NCBI GenBank assembly: GCA_030390025.1
Contig: CM059432.1
Coordinates: forward strand, 43,216,001-43,280,000
DNA: 64,000 nucleotides
Direction: 5' to 3'
Source of the DNA: Squalus acanthias
Taxonomy: Eukaryota
The notes under the pieces were generated by a model. That model saw only the letters and a list, made by a program, of their open reading frames with translations. It made no database searches and was not told the DNA's origin. A program made the position numbers and the translations under genes. Positions 23,722 to 36,627 of this stretch are shown one piece after another. Position 1 is the first letter of the stretch. Each line of letters opens with the position of its first letter.

Positions 23722-24678
23722 TTAGTTTAAAGTCCTCTCCACAGCCCTAGTTATTCGATTCGCCAGGACACTAGTCCCAGCACTGGCCAAGTGAAGTCCG
23801 TCCCAACGGAACAGCTCTCTCCTGCCCCAGTACTGGTGCCAGTGTCCCAAGAAGCAAAACCCATTTTTCCCACACCAGTCTTTGAGCCACGCATTCAACT
23901 CCCTGATTCTATTTACCCTAGCCAAATTTGCTCGTGGCTCAGGTAGTAATCCAGAGATTATTACCCTCGAGGTTCTGCTTTTTAATTTGGCCCCTAGCTG
24001 CTCAAACTCCCTCAGCAGAACCTCTTTCCTTGTCCTATCTATGTCATTGGTACCAACATGGACCACGACAACTGGATCCTCCCCCTCCCACTCCAAGTTT
24101 CTCTCCAGCCCAGAGGAGATGTCCTTAACCCTGGCACCGGGCAGGCAACACAGCCTTCGGGACTCTCGCTCTTGGCTGCAAAGAACCCTATCTATCCCCC
24201 TAATGATACTATCCCCTACCACTACAACATTTCTTTTTACTCCCCCCACTTGAATGGCCCCCCTTACCACGGTGCTGTGGCCAGGTTGCTCATCCTCCCT
24301 GCAGTCCCCGCTCCTATCCACACAGGGAGTAAGAGCCTCGAACCTGTTGGACAGGAGCAAGGGCTGCGGCTCCTCCAACACTACCTCCTGGATTCCTGTA
24401 CCTGCCTCACTCGTAGTCACACCTTCCTGTCCCTGACCACGGGCTACTTCTGAATTAGTTACTCTAATTGGTGTGACTACCTCCTGAAACACGGAGTCTA
24501 GGTAACTCTCCCCCTCCCTGATGTGTCGCAGTGTTTGAAGCTCGGACTCCAGCTCATCAACACGGAGCCGGAGTTCCTCGAGCAGCCAACACTTACTGCA
24601 AATGTGTTCACCGTGAACATCAATGGTGTCCACCAGCTCCCACATATTGCAGCAGTAACACATCACCTGCTCTCCCAT
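23722..24678 (-). CDS. CR1 ORF1: zinc finger / coiled coil / SGNH esterase, 318 aa
   Basis: CYCC..CSKC, heptad LEELRLRVDELESEL, VVGDS, LPGA, VHVGTND, DGLHL motifs. Confidence 0.93.
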   Translation of the reverse strand: MGEQVMCYCCNMWELVDTIDVHGEHICSKCWLLEELRLRVDELESELQTLRHIREGESYLDSVFQEVVTPIRVTNSEVARGQGQEGVTTSEAGTGIQEVVLEEPQPLLLSNRFEALTPCVDRSGDCREDEQPGHSTVVRGAIQVGGVKRNVVVVGDSIIRGIDRVLCSQERESRRLCCLPGARVKDISSGLERNLEWEGEDPVVVVHVGTNDIDRTRKEVLLREFEQLGAKLKSRTSRVIISGLLPEPRANLARVNRIRELNAWLKDWCGKNGFCFLGHWHQYWGRRELFRWDGLHLASAGTSVLANRITRAVERTLN

Positions 24679-24898
24679 TCTATGTAATTAATTAAAAAAT
24701 TTATTATTTACCCTTCAGTTAATTTATGCCAGCAGTCTCTGCTACACCACAGATACCCGAGAAACTATAAACTATGGAATTGAAGTTTTGTATAAAAAAA
24801 AGAGAAATACTCACCAACCAATCACTTACCTGCTTTCTGGTGACGTCACACTTCGATTTTATTTTACCTCTCTCCTGCTCTCGGCTTGGTGAAAGCCG

Positions 24899-25088
24899 AC
24901 CTGGTCGCTGCCGCCTTTTACCGCCGCCGCCTCGCCGCTGTTGCTCCACCCAGGTCCGCCGCCTCTGTGGGCCTACCTGGTCGCTGCCGCCTTTTACCGC
25001 CGCCGCCTCGCCGCTGTTGCTCCACCCAGGTCCGCCGCCTCTGTGGGCCTACCTGGTCGCTGCCGCCTTTTACCGCCGCCGCCTCGCC
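24899..25088 (-). repeat. 76-bp GC-rich tandem repeat (2.5 copies) at the CR1 5' end
   Basis: ACCTGGTCGCTGCCGCCTTTTACCGCC.. recurs at 24899, 24975, 25051. Confidence 0.95.
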
Positions 25089-25615
25089 ATTCGGCCCCTC
25101 GAGCCTGCTCCGCCATTCAATAAGATCATGGCTGATCTGATCTTGGCCTCAACTCCACTTTTCTGCCTGTTCCCCATAACCTTGACTCCCTTGTAGTTCA
25201 AAAATCTGTCCATCTCAGCCTTGAATATCTTCAATGACTCAGCCTCCACTGCTCTCTGGGTTAGATAATTCCAAAGATTCATGACCCTCTGAGAGAAGAA
25301 ATTCCTCCTCATCGCCGTCTTAAATGGGCGATCCTTTATTCTGAAACTATGCCCCCTAGTTCTAGATTCCCCCACGAGGGTAAACATCCTCGCAGCATCT
25401 ACCCTGTCAAGCCCCCTCAGAATCTTATATGTTTCAATAAGATCACCTCTCATTCTTCTAAACTCCAATGAGTATAGGCCCAGCCTGCTCAACCTTTCTT
25501 CATAAGACAACTCCTTCATCCCAGGAATCAACCTAGTGAACCTTCTCTGAACTGCCTCCAATGCAAGTATATCCCTCCTTAAATAAGGAGACCGAAACTG
25601 TACGCAGTACTCTAG
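25086..25615 (-). mobile_element. CR1 (HER1-like) 3' fragment, host of the full-length CR1
   Basis: LEYCVQF..RRMRGDLIETYKIL..FFSQRV ORF2 C-terminus and 3' UTR. Confidence 0.92.
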
Positions 25616-25869
25616 CATGTGAGGCATTTTCCCTGTCATTAATGGGAGTGGAGCAGTATTTAAAGAGGAGTTCATGCTGCTGTTGTATAGGAGCTCTTAT
25701 GGCAACTATTGAAGTGGTTCCAAATATAGCTGAGTGAATCCCATTTTTGGAAAGTTAATCTGCCCTACCAATGATTTGCATTCCTACTGAGTGGTTAGAA
25801 AAGTATGTAACTTAATGAAAATAATCTTTTAATATATATTGTGTAAATTAAATACAATATTTATTTTTG

Positions 25870-25987
25870 AGCTGGAAATCTAAAATAAAAACAGAAAAAG
25901 CTGGATATAGACATCACGTGAATCAGGATCTGTAAAGAGAAAAGACAGATTTTTGATGTTTTGGGTATGTAATCTTTCATAAGAACT
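25870..25987 (-). mobile_element. Decayed Penelope-type pLTR remnant (another at ~26310-26375)
   Basis: GCTGGAAATCTAAAATAAAAACAGAAAAAGCTGG..CTTTCATAAGAACT resembles 9746-9848. Confidence 0.55.
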
Positions 25988-26445
25988 TGTATTTTTAAGT
26001 ATAATTTGGCATATCCTGAAAAGTAACAATTTCTACTATGTTACACTGATGTACACTTCTAATTAAAACAGCAGTTTTCTGATAGAGACAGCCGTTGGAT
26101 ATGTTCTTTGATCTTTGTACAAAAGTGCATTAAGGGTAAAATTAGGGAAGTTAGATCAAAATGACAATTGTCTTAGTTAAGCAAATCATATACAATATAT
26201 GACAGGTATTGTAGTGGAGGAGTGTGGTAACGTAATGGCTATGGTACTGACCTGATAACCTAGTGATTGGGAGTTCAAGTCCCACTATAGCAAGTTGTGA
26301 ATATATCATAAAATGAAAAAACTGTAGATGCTGGGAACTCTCAGCAGGTCAGTCGGCATCTGTGGAGAGAACAGGTAAATTATTGGGGGGAATTTTAAAT
26401 TTTGGCAATAGTGTAAAACAGGCAATACTGAATCATTGTTAATAT

Positions 26446-28140
26446 AAGGCTGAAGCATTTGCAACTATCTTCAGCCAGAATTGCCAAGTGGATGATCCAT
26501 ATCGGCCTACTCCCGAGGTCCCCACCATCACAGAAGCCAGTCTTCAGCCAATTCGATTCACTCCACGTGATATCAAGAAATGGCTGAGCGCACTGGATAC
26601 AGCAAAGGCTATGGACCCCGACAACATCCCAGCTATCATGCTGAAGACTTGCGCTCCAGAACTAGCCGCGCCTCTAGCCAAGCTGTTCCAGTACAGCTAC
26701 AACACTGGCATCTATCCGACAATGTGGAAAACTGCCCAGGTATGTCCTGTCCACAAAAAGCATGACAAATCCAATCCGCCAATTACCGCCCCATCAGTCT
26801 ACTCTCAATCATCAGCAAAGTGATGGAAGTGTCATCGACAGTGCTATCAAGCGGCACTTACTCATCAATAACATGCTCACTGATGCCCAGTTTGGGTTCC
26901 GCCAAGACCACTCGGCTCCCGACCTCATTAGAGCCTTGGTCCAAACATGGACAAAGGAGCTGAATTCTAGAGGTGAGGTGAGAGTGACTGCCCTTGACAT
27001 CAAGGCAGCATTTGACCTGAGTGTGGCATCAAGGAGCCCTAGTAAAACTGAAGTCAATGGGAATCAGGGGGAAAATGCTCCACTGACTGGTGTCGTACAT
27101 AACACAAAGGAAGATGGTTGTGGTGATTGAAGGTCAATCATCACAGCCCCAGGACATCGCTCAGGAGTTCCTCAGGGCAATGTCCTAGGCCCAACCATCT
27201 TCAGCTGCTTCATCAATGACCTTCCCTCCAACATAAGGTCAGAAATGGGGATGTTCGCTGATGACTGCACAGTGTTCAGCGCCATTCACAACTCCTCAGA
27301 GAATGAAGCAGTCCATGCAACAAGACCTGGATGACGTTCAGGTTTGGGCTGATAAGTGGCAGGTAACATTCGCGCCACAGAATTGCCAGGCAATGACTAT
27401 CTCCAACAAAGCGAGAGTCTAACCACCTCCCCTTGACATTCAACGGCATTACCATTGCCAAATCCCCCACCATCAGCATCCTGGGGGGTCACCATTGACC
27501 AGAGACTTAACTGGACCAGCCACATAAATACTGTGGCAACAAGAGCAGGTCAGAGGCTAGGTATTCTGCAGCGAGTGTCTTACCTCCTGACTCCCCAGAG
27601 CCTTTCCACAATCTACAAGGCACAAGTAAGGAGTGTGATGGAATACTCTCCACTTGCCTGGATGAGTGCAGCTCCAACAACACTCAAGAAGCTCAACACC
27701 ATCCAGGACAAAGCAGGCCGTTTGATTGGCACCCCATCCACCACCTTAAACATTCACTCCCTCCACCACTGGCGTACCGTGGCTGCAGTGTGTACCATCT
27801 ACAAGATGCACTGCAGCAACTCGCCAAGGCTTCTTCAGCAGCACCTCCCAAACCCGCAACCTCTTCCACCTGGAAGGACAAGGGCAGCAGGCGCATGGGA
27901 ACACCACCACCTCCAAGTTCCCCTCCAAGTCACACACCATCCTGACTTAGAAGTATATCACCGATCCTTCATCATAACTGGGTCAAAATCATGTAACTCC
28001 CTCCCTAACAGCACTGTGGGAGTACCTTCACCACACGGACTGCAGTGGTTCAAGAAGGCGGCTCACCACCACCTTCTCAAGGGCAACTAGGTATGGGCAA
28101 TAAATGCTGGCCTTGCCAGCAACGCCCAGATCCCATAAGC
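26446..28140 (+). mobile_element. CR1-clade LINE of a second family, 5'-truncated, frameshifted RT
   Basis: LDTAKAMDPDNIP, QFGFRQDHS, ALDIKAAFD, GVPQG, FADD, YKAQVRSVMEYS fragments and 3' tail. Confidence 0.92.
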
Positions 28141-28459
28141 GAAAAAAATATATATATTTTGTGTATTCCTTTTTCTTTAGATTCAATTCCTCACCTCTTT
28201 ATTTATCCATGGCATTTCATTCTTGGCCAGTTTATTATTATTTTTAGTGGAATCTGTTTCTCCTGAACTCCTATTGGTCTCTCCTTTATATATTTATCTC
28301 TGTTGTTCTACCTCTTTGTCAATATTTTTCACCAGTTTAACTCTCTTACTTCCATCCTCATTCCCTCATATTTGGCTTTTTTCCAATCTAATACTTTGGT
28401 CTTTGTATAATCTATATCTCTCAATTATTATCTTAAACATGATATTGTAATTACTACTC

Positions 28460-28772
28460 TTTCGGATGGATGTTAAACCGAGGCCCTGACTGCTCTCTCA
28501 GGTGGACCTAAAAGATCCCTTGGCACTATTGCAAAGAAGAGCAAAGGAGTTCTCCCCGATGTCCTGGCCAATTTTTTATCCCTCAACCAAAATCACTAAA
28601 ACAGATTATCTGGTCATTATCTCATTACTGTTTGTCAGACCTTGCTACACGCAAATTGGCTGCCACGTTTCTTACATTACAACAGTGACTACACTTCAAA
28701 AGTACTTCATTGGCTGTAAAGTGCTTTGGGATGACCTGAGGGCCTGAAATGCGCTATAGAAATGCAAGTCTT
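28460..28772 (+). mobile_element. DeuSINE 3' part
   Basis: Matches 59175-59487 including the GCGCTATAGAAATGCAAGT tail. Confidence 0.85.
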
Positions 28773-28789
28773 ACATGTTCTCCTAATGG

Positions 28790-31495
28790 CACACACCGTT
28801 ATTTATGTGCAAATGCTACAGCAACTTCAGGCGAGGGCAGATGTGCAGTTAAACACGGAAATCCAGGAGTTTCTGTCCAAGATGCGCCGCTCCACTATTA
28901 GTTTCGTGAAACTGGCATCATGCTTTCTGGCTCACCATTGAAATACATTGAATGGCGCGAAGTTGCTGTATTTGCGCAGTAGATACAAACTAAGTTTGCC
29001 ACAGAAAGTTAAGTTTTGTCCATTATAGTCTATGTACCCTTTTAACAATGTGACAAGTGGTAATTACTGCCAGTCAACCTCCCTGGCACTGAAAATTAAC
29101 TATTACAAGTGTCGAGTCTCATTCCTTCAGGTTTTAATCATTGTTGGTGATTTTTAAATTGTAAAAATGTTTTTAAAAATTACTTTTCCTTTCTATCTCT
29201 TTGTTCTCTCTCTCTTAATCAAATCTTTATTTCTCTCTCTTTATTTTTCTTTCTGTATCTGATTTGGCATTGGATTCACCCACTCTAATTTACACTTCCT
29301 TCTCGGTCACGGAATCATAGAATCATAGAATGGTTACAGCACGGAAGAAGACCACTCGGTCCGTTGAGCCCATGCCGGCTCTCTGCAAGAGCACTTCAGC
29401 TAGTCCCACTCCCCCGCCCTTTCCCCATAGCCCTGCAAATTTTTTTTCTTCAGGCTACTTATCCAACTCCCTTTTGAAAGCCGTGATTGAGTCTGCCTCC
29501 TCCACCCTTTCAGGCAATGCATTCTAGATCCTAACCACTCGCTGAGTAAACAAGTTGTTCTTTATGTCGTCTTTGGTTCTTCTACCAATCACCTTAAATC
29601 TGTGTCCTCTGGTTCTTGACCCTTCAGCCAATGGGAACAGTTTCTCTCTATCTACTCTGTCCAGACCCCTCATGATTTTGAACACCTCTATCAAATTTCC
29701 TCTCAATCTTCTCTGCTCTAAGGAGAACAACCCCAGCTTCTCCAATGTATCCACGTAGCTAAAGTCCCTCATCCCTGGAATCATTCTCATAAATCTTTTC
29801 TGCACCCTCTCTAAGACCTTCGCATCCTTCCTAAAGTGCAGTGCCCAGAAGTGGACACAATACTCCAGTTGAGGCCAAACCAGTGTTTTATGCAGGTTCA
29901 TCATAATTTCCAAGTTTTTGTACTCTATACCTCTATTCATGAAGCCCAGGATCCTGTAAGCTTTTTTAACTGCTTTCTCAACCTGCCCTGCCACCTTCAA
30001 CGATTTGTGCACATATATCCCTAGGTCTCTCTGTTCATGCACCCCCTTTAGGATTGTACCCTTTAATTTATATTTCCTCTCTTCATTCTTCCTACCAAAC
30101 TGTATCTTTTTGCACTTTTCTGCATTAAATTTCATCTGCCACGTGTCCGCCCATTCCACCAGCCTGTCTATGTCCTCTTGAAGTCTACCCCTATCCTCCT
30201 CACTGTTCACTATACTTCCAAGTTTTGTGTCATCTGCAAATTTTGAAATTGTGCCCTGTACACCAACATCCAAGTCATGAATATATATCAAGAAAAGCAG
30301 TGGTCCTAGAACCAACCCCTGGGGAACACCTTCCTCCAGTCCAAAAAGCAACCGTTCACCACTACTCTCTGTTTCCTGTCACTTAGCCAATTTTGTATCC
30401 ATGCTGCCACTGTCCCTTTTATTCCATGGGCCTACTATGTGGCACTTTGTCGAACGCCTTTGGGAAATCCATGTACACCATGTCAACCACATTGCCCTCA
30501 TCAACCCTCTCTGTTACTTCATCAAAAAACTCGATCAAGTTGGTTAAACACGATTTACCTTTAACAAATCCATACTGGCTTTCCTTAATTAATCCACACT
30601 TGTCCAAGTGACTGTTAATTTTGTCCCTGATTATTGTTTCTAAAAGCTTCCCCACTACCGAGGTTAAACTGACTGGCCTGTAGTTGCTGGGTTTGTCTTT
30701 ACATCCTTTTTTGAACAAGGGTGTAACATTTGCAATTCTCCAGTCCTCTGGCACCACCCCTGTTTCTAAGGAGGATTGGAAGATTATGGCCAGTACCTCC
30801 GCAATTTCCTCCTTCACTTCCCTCAGTGTCCTAGGATGCATCCCATCTGGTCCTGGTGACTTACTACTTTAAGTACAGCCAGCCTTTCTAGTACCTCCTC
30901 TTTATCAAATTTTATCCCATCCAGTATCTTCTCTACCTCCTCCTTCACTATGTCCATGGCAGCATCTTCTTCCTTGGTGAAAACAGTTGCAAAGTACTCA
31001 TTTATTACTTCAGCCATACCCTCTGCCTCCATGCGTAGGTCTACTTTTTGGTCCCTAATCAGCCCCACCCCTCCTTTTACTACCCGTTTACTATTTATAT
31101 GCCTATAGAAGACTTTTAAATTCCCTTTTATGTTAGCTGCCATTCTATTCTCATATCCTCTCTTTGCCCCTCTTATTTTCTTTTTCACGTCTCCTCTGAA
31201 CTTACTATATTTAGCCTGATTCTCAGATGTATTCTTGACCTGACATTTGTCATACGTGCTCTTTTTCTGCTTCATCTTCCTCTCTATCTCTTTCGTCATC
31301 CAGAGAGCTCTGACTTTAGTTGCCCTACCTTTCCCCCTAAGTCCTTGTGCTGTTGATTTCACAATCCTTCTATTTGATTGGTTAAGGAGGTACATTTTAT
31401 CAGTTCGCACTTTCAGCAACTTGCCACGCAAAAATGTTTAAACCCTAAAAGGGCAAGTGCAAGGGCAATGCACTCCGACAGCAAATTATGGCCCA
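28790..31495. mobile_element. Non-autonomous TIR element (inverted relative of 56220-56820) split by a CR1
   Basis: CATTGAAATACAT..GAAGTTGCTGTA and CTGGCACTGAAAATTAACT blocks are reverse complements of 56480-56645; ends AAATTATGGCCC. Confidence 0.6.
29310..31340 (-). mobile_element. CR1 LINE, 5'-truncated, frameshifted ORF2
   Basis: NYRPVSLTSVVGK, GVPQGLVLGP, KFADDTKL ORF pieces and (TTCTATGA)n tail. Confidence 0.94.
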
Positions 31496-31839
31496 GTAAC
31501 TGTCCATTGATCTCAAGCAAAAGTACCCTATTATCCTATTTTTAGGCAAGGAGGAATTTTGAGCCCATTACATGAAACAACACTATATTTTCAGTATATT
31601 CTTATAAAACAGAATTTTTATTATTTTATTTTTAAAAGAGAAAATATTGGGAATAATGATCATAACTGAACAAATTATTCAACCACACACCTGACAAATG
31701 ATGTACACACGTGTTGCAGATCTTGAAGATATCTGTACGGTCCACTTCCTTGGCACTGTTGCACCTGATTCTGCTCCTAACTTTTCCAACACAGGAAGCA
31801 CATCTCCTGCAATGGCTTCTCTCATGTCACATTTTCACA

Positions 31840-32162
31840 TCAGGAGTCCTCAAGGGTGCATCCTTGGTGTATATGCTGCTCCTCAGCAATATCTTTCATA
31901 GGCATGGAGTCAGCTTTCATATATATGATGATGACATCTAGCCCTATCTTTCCACCACCTCCTTTAACCCGACAGCTACCACTAAGCTGCTTGTCTAACA
32001 ACAAGTGGTGGATGACCCAGGACTATCGCCAACTTAATGTGAAGAAGACCAGTGCCTTGCTGTTCAACTCCTGCCAAAACTCTTTTCCTATTATTAATTG
32101 GCATCCATTCTCACCTTTGTGAAGACCTTTGGGACATTTTACTACATAAATGCAAGTTGTTA
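31840..32162 (+). mobile_element. Decayed L2 LINE RT fragment and tail
   Basis: PQGCILG, HGVSFHIYDDDI, CLSNNKWWMTQDYRQLNVKKT resemble L2 RT motifs; ATAAATGCAAGTTGTT tail. Confidence 0.7.
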
Positions 32163-32314
32163 ATTGCCTCCAATAACTAGCATCTCTGCAATATTTTAAA
32201 ATCCCTCTGCAGATTGACTATTGTAAAGATTTCACTACATAAGGCCATCTTTAACAGTAAATTATCAAATTAATTTATACAGACAACCTATATATTGGAA
32301 GAGTCTGTATAAAT

Positions 32315-32966
32315 GGGCCACAAATTGCGGTCGGCGGCGTATCTCCGGAGTACGCCGCCGATTTGTGAAAAGAATACCCACCTACCTGATGGCGGCCCAC
32401 CTGCGAAGACGCAGCCTGTGTGGAGGCGTACCTGGGATCATGTGGGCCTGGTCCTCCAATCAGAAAACAGATTGTCATTCATTCATTTAAATTACTACAA
32501 TACTCATTACGACAGCCTTTAAAATACTATCAGATTTAGCGTTTATCGTGGGAATCCCTTACTACTCATAATTCCCACTTGTAAACAAATACTGTGCACT
32601 GTGCAGAAAGATATGAATTTTTTTTTTTTAAAACCTGCAGCTTTAACGTACAGTAGTATTGCTTCTCATTAAAGCTTTTATCTCGGGTATCCCCTAACAC
32701 TGTGGAAACAGGCCCTGCGCCTGTTTCCACCAGCCGTAAAATTTTAGTACATAATTGCTGGGCAGTTGTTGGGCAAATAGCCCAATTTTGCACTAGCAAT
32801 TAGGTTTTCGCAGGCGGAGCGAATGGCCTGTAAACGCATATGTTGACAGACTGCAGGTTCAGGATTTAGCGAATGCACTTAAATCCCGAACTTGTGGTGG
32901 GTTTCAAAGGCGGCATGATGGCGTACTCTGAGAGTATGCTGTCATACCCACCGCAAAATTCGAGCC
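32315..32966. mobile_element. Non-autonomous TIR element
   Basis: Ends GGGCCACAAATTGCGG / CCGCAAAATTCGAGCC; homologous to 11882-12885. Confidence 0.7.
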
Positions 32967-35155
32967 ATTATATTGTTTGCTATATCCAAAGCAGATGTTC
33001 AATCAGTAACAATGTAATATCGTTTGAAAAAATTCTAATCAAAATTTGTGTGTAAAATTGAAATATACTGAATTTCAAATCATATTTGTTGATTAAATAT
33101 ATAAACCAAACTTGTTTTTCATGTACTAGTGCAGATGGGCTGCAAACAAAGTCCACTGCCATACAGCAACAGTGAACATCAGACACATTACCACACACAT
33201 CTCCAAGAAATCACAACTCACCATCACTAAAAATACATAAATTCTCTCGACCAACTCTTCTCCAATTATTTCCACAGAACCCTCAGCTACTTAATTCTGA
33301 AATTTGGTTGGCTGAAAGCAAAGCAAAACCACTCAAATTATTCAGCCAGTCGTAAGGGGCCTTAGTGTGGCTTGGCCTGATCGCAATGAAAACCATCAAG
33401 TCGAATGACATGATGTAGCTTTATTACGACCTAAGTAAAGGGAAACGAAAAGCATGACAACGAATATTCCTGCTGGCAGCCTCCAGATGCAATTTTTGCA
33501 CAATAAAATAACACACACGCCATCCTAGTAAACTAGCAAAAGTTAATCCACAGCTTCAAAAAAAGCTGAGACTCACAAACAAGCCTGAATATAAAGTAAA
33601 TAGTAATAAATTGTTTCTACTGGTCAGTAAGATTGTAACAAATTTAAGATATTCACAAAAGAAATTAAAGGTGGGTGTTAGAGAAAAAAAAAATTACCCA
33701 GAGGATGGTTAGAATGTGGAATTCTCTGTCACAAATCATTGTTGCTACAGAGTCCATAAATTCTCTCTCTAACTGCTGACTGGCCTATCTTATTTTTCCA
33801 GCATACGCTGTTTTATTTCAGATTTCTAGTATTTTATGCAGACAGTTAGCATTTCAGACCCTGTGTACACACCTCCATATTTTTCCAGTAAAAATCAGCA
33901 TGGATTTCAGCTTATGTTTTCCAAGGTTATCATTGAACCGCCATGGTTCAGATTTTCTGCACATGAGCTGTTGCATCACATGAGTGTTGCACTTGGTGGG
34001 ACAGATTATTGTTGCTAGATGGAGAGGGAGATAACTGGGTGGGGGGTTTGACTGCACTCTACTCCAGAAGCTTTTACCAGTTGAACTGTTTATTTTTATC
34101 CCACTGCATGAATCACACCGTAGTGAATTATTGATTTTAGTCACGCCACAATTAGTATAATTATTCACACTAGAAGTATCATTTTTATTTGTTGCAATTA
34201 ACATTTCTAATCATACTGAATTGAATTATTGATTTTAACCATATTGCACTTATCAGTTCAAACACCCGGCTTTACCTCATGACTTTAGGGGCAGTTAGAG
34301 CCAGTTGAATTTCCCTCCTGACTCTCCCTCTCCACCAGCATCAGAGTTTGATGTTTTAAGCTGCGGGTTTGAAACTCAAGTAATTAATGGTCTGCTAACA
34401 TAATCACATTCTCAGAAATCACACATTTCAAAGTTGCGTGTTCCCACAATTTCTTTCATGGCTCATTAAGTTTGGAGAAAATCAGGCATTCTCCCAGCTT
34501 TCGTTAAAAAAGGAATTTCATTCTCAGTGTGTTTTGATGTGAGAAAATCCTATCCAGAAGCATTTTTAGAACTAACTTAATTTAAATAGTGCGTGGTCTT
34601 CAACAGTGCAGATTAACTCACTGCAGTTGCTGTGTAGACAAATAGCTCAGAATGCCTAGTCAGTGTAATTTCCTTGTCCTCCAAAGAAGAGCTACTTCAA
34701 AATTTTGGAAAAAGTGTCAAAAATTAGACCCTGAAAATAAATCTTGCACCCTCAACATTCATATTCCCTTTAGAAATGTCTGTATCTATCATTACTGGCC
34801 AGTTGTGTTTAAATTTTAAAAGAATAGGCATCAATTTTCTAACTACCTTTACATTTTTGTCTCCTCTTTCCCCAGCCCTCATACCCCATTTCTGGCCAAT
34901 TGAGAAGTTCTTTAAGCTGTACTTACACCTGGAACTCTGGTGATACGTTTAAATCATTTGGCAAACTCAGAACTGTGAGGTTCATGTAAAGTTCTAACTC
35001 TCTGACTTGACAGTGCACCAGGAGAATGGTACATGCCTTCTTCATTGATGACCTTTACCCAGCAAATAATTGACTTCAAACCCACTTTTCACTGAAGTTC
35101 ATTAAGTCATTTTTGACAGCTAGAAATGGTCAGACCACTGCTAAACACAGACAAA

Positions 35156-35898
35156 GGGCTGGATTTTGAATGACCCATGGAGTCGGGTTTGGAGGCGTGT
35201 GGGGGGTTAAATTTGCGGGGTCGGGGTTTCCGACCCTATCCCGACTCCATCCCGCCTCCACACAATTTTGACATAATCAGTTGCGGGGTTCCCGATTCCG
35301 TCCCGCCTCCAAGAGGCGGGAGAGGCCATTAAAGCCCTTAACAAGCTCTAAATTGGCTCTGTAATGCCATTTTGAAACGCTGTAGCTAGTTTAACCCTCT
35401 TCTGATGTGAAGCACGCCTGGTGTGAAACACTCCAGTGAAACCTGGCGGGAGCACAAGTGGATAGCTGACTATCGGCTGCAAGTCCACTATTGCAACGGA
35501 GATGTGATGAAGGTGGTAGTAGTTGTATTAGGTCTGAACATTGCCTTTGATGCTGCTGCATTGAATGTCTTCAGAGACTGCCTGGGAGGACTTACTTGGC
35601 AAAAAAATTCTCATTCTCTCTCTCTCTCTCTCTCTGCATCCAGGTCCACTCATATCAAAAGCCAGGCAAGTCCTCTCTCACCAACAGTCCTGAGACTAGG
35701 CAGTCAGTAATGATGACATCATCAGAGGCGGCTTTCAGACTGAAAACACTAATTAGTTCATGGGTTCCCACATGCTCCAACTCAATTGCCCAATTAAGTG
35801 AAAATTGCATCAGGCACCCACATTAATCTGGAGTCGGGGGGGAAACACGAAATGCGGATTACACGACCCCAACCCGACCCCAAGACAAAATCCAGCCC
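35156..35898. mobile_element. Harbinger-type MITE, copy 1
   Basis: TIR GGGCTGGATTTTG / CAAAATCCAGCCC (same as family B); near-identical to 56985-57767. Confidence 0.9.
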
Positions 35899-36120
35899 AA
35901 TTAGTCTGTCATTGTTTCTCTACAAATTTCACAACCTTTAACACGCATTTAGTCCTTTGGTATAATTAGCAAGGGCAGGAGTTATGGGCCCGTGCTAGTT
36001 TAAATAAACTAGATGGGGATGCCAGAGAGATATTCGGAAAATGTAGCAACTCCACCCAGCTTACTCCAGGCTGCTTTGGATGGTTTACATTAATTGGTAA
36101 GAGCACCGTCAAAGTCTAAA

Positions 36121-36627
36121 TCAGTGCTGTCCAAGATGTTGGCCACGGGCAAAATGCAACCCACAAAACCCCTGCCTGTTTTCTTCATCATTCTTCTTGT
36201 GCTCAAAGTCAACTTCAGCACCTTCAAGTTGTTTAAAGTTTGCGAGCTTTTGGTAGATTTGATCAATGGTGGAGTTGCCTGTTATCAGTTCTCCAGGCTC
36301 AGCAATTTTAAAGAGCTGCAATATTCTGTCCCACTCTCTGTGCTGCTTTACTATTTGTCTCACATACTATGTATCATCATCCAGAGCACACAATTCAATT
36401 GTCTCAAAATGACCATCAATCATCTGTGCAGTAGCCTGAAGGTCCTTAATATCTGCAGTAAAAGGAGTTTTGATGATGGCCGGTTCTGCCCAAAGAGCTC
36501 CGATTTCAACCAAGGTCAGTGAAATGCAAGCTGAGGATCTACAGTGGGGAGAGTTGCAAATCTTGTGGCACAAACTGAACTTGAAGCGCTTGAGAATCTC
36601 GGGTTTCCTTTTTTTAAATTTTTTGCA
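36121..36627 (-). other. Unidentified ~168-codon reading frame with one internal stop
   Basis: ORFs 36367-36573 and 36121-36363 are in the same frame, separated by one TAG; frame extends upstream to 36627; protein-like composition. Confidence 0.4.

Larger units (their letters stand above)
20627..25088 (-). mobile_element. Full-length CR1 LINE
   Basis: 5' tandem monomers, ORF1, ORF2 and 3' UTR in order; nested in another CR1 3' UTR. Confidence 0.95.

Noticed and set aside
33836..34204. Overlapping short ORFs as host exon
   Set aside because: No recognisable motif or consistent splice phase.
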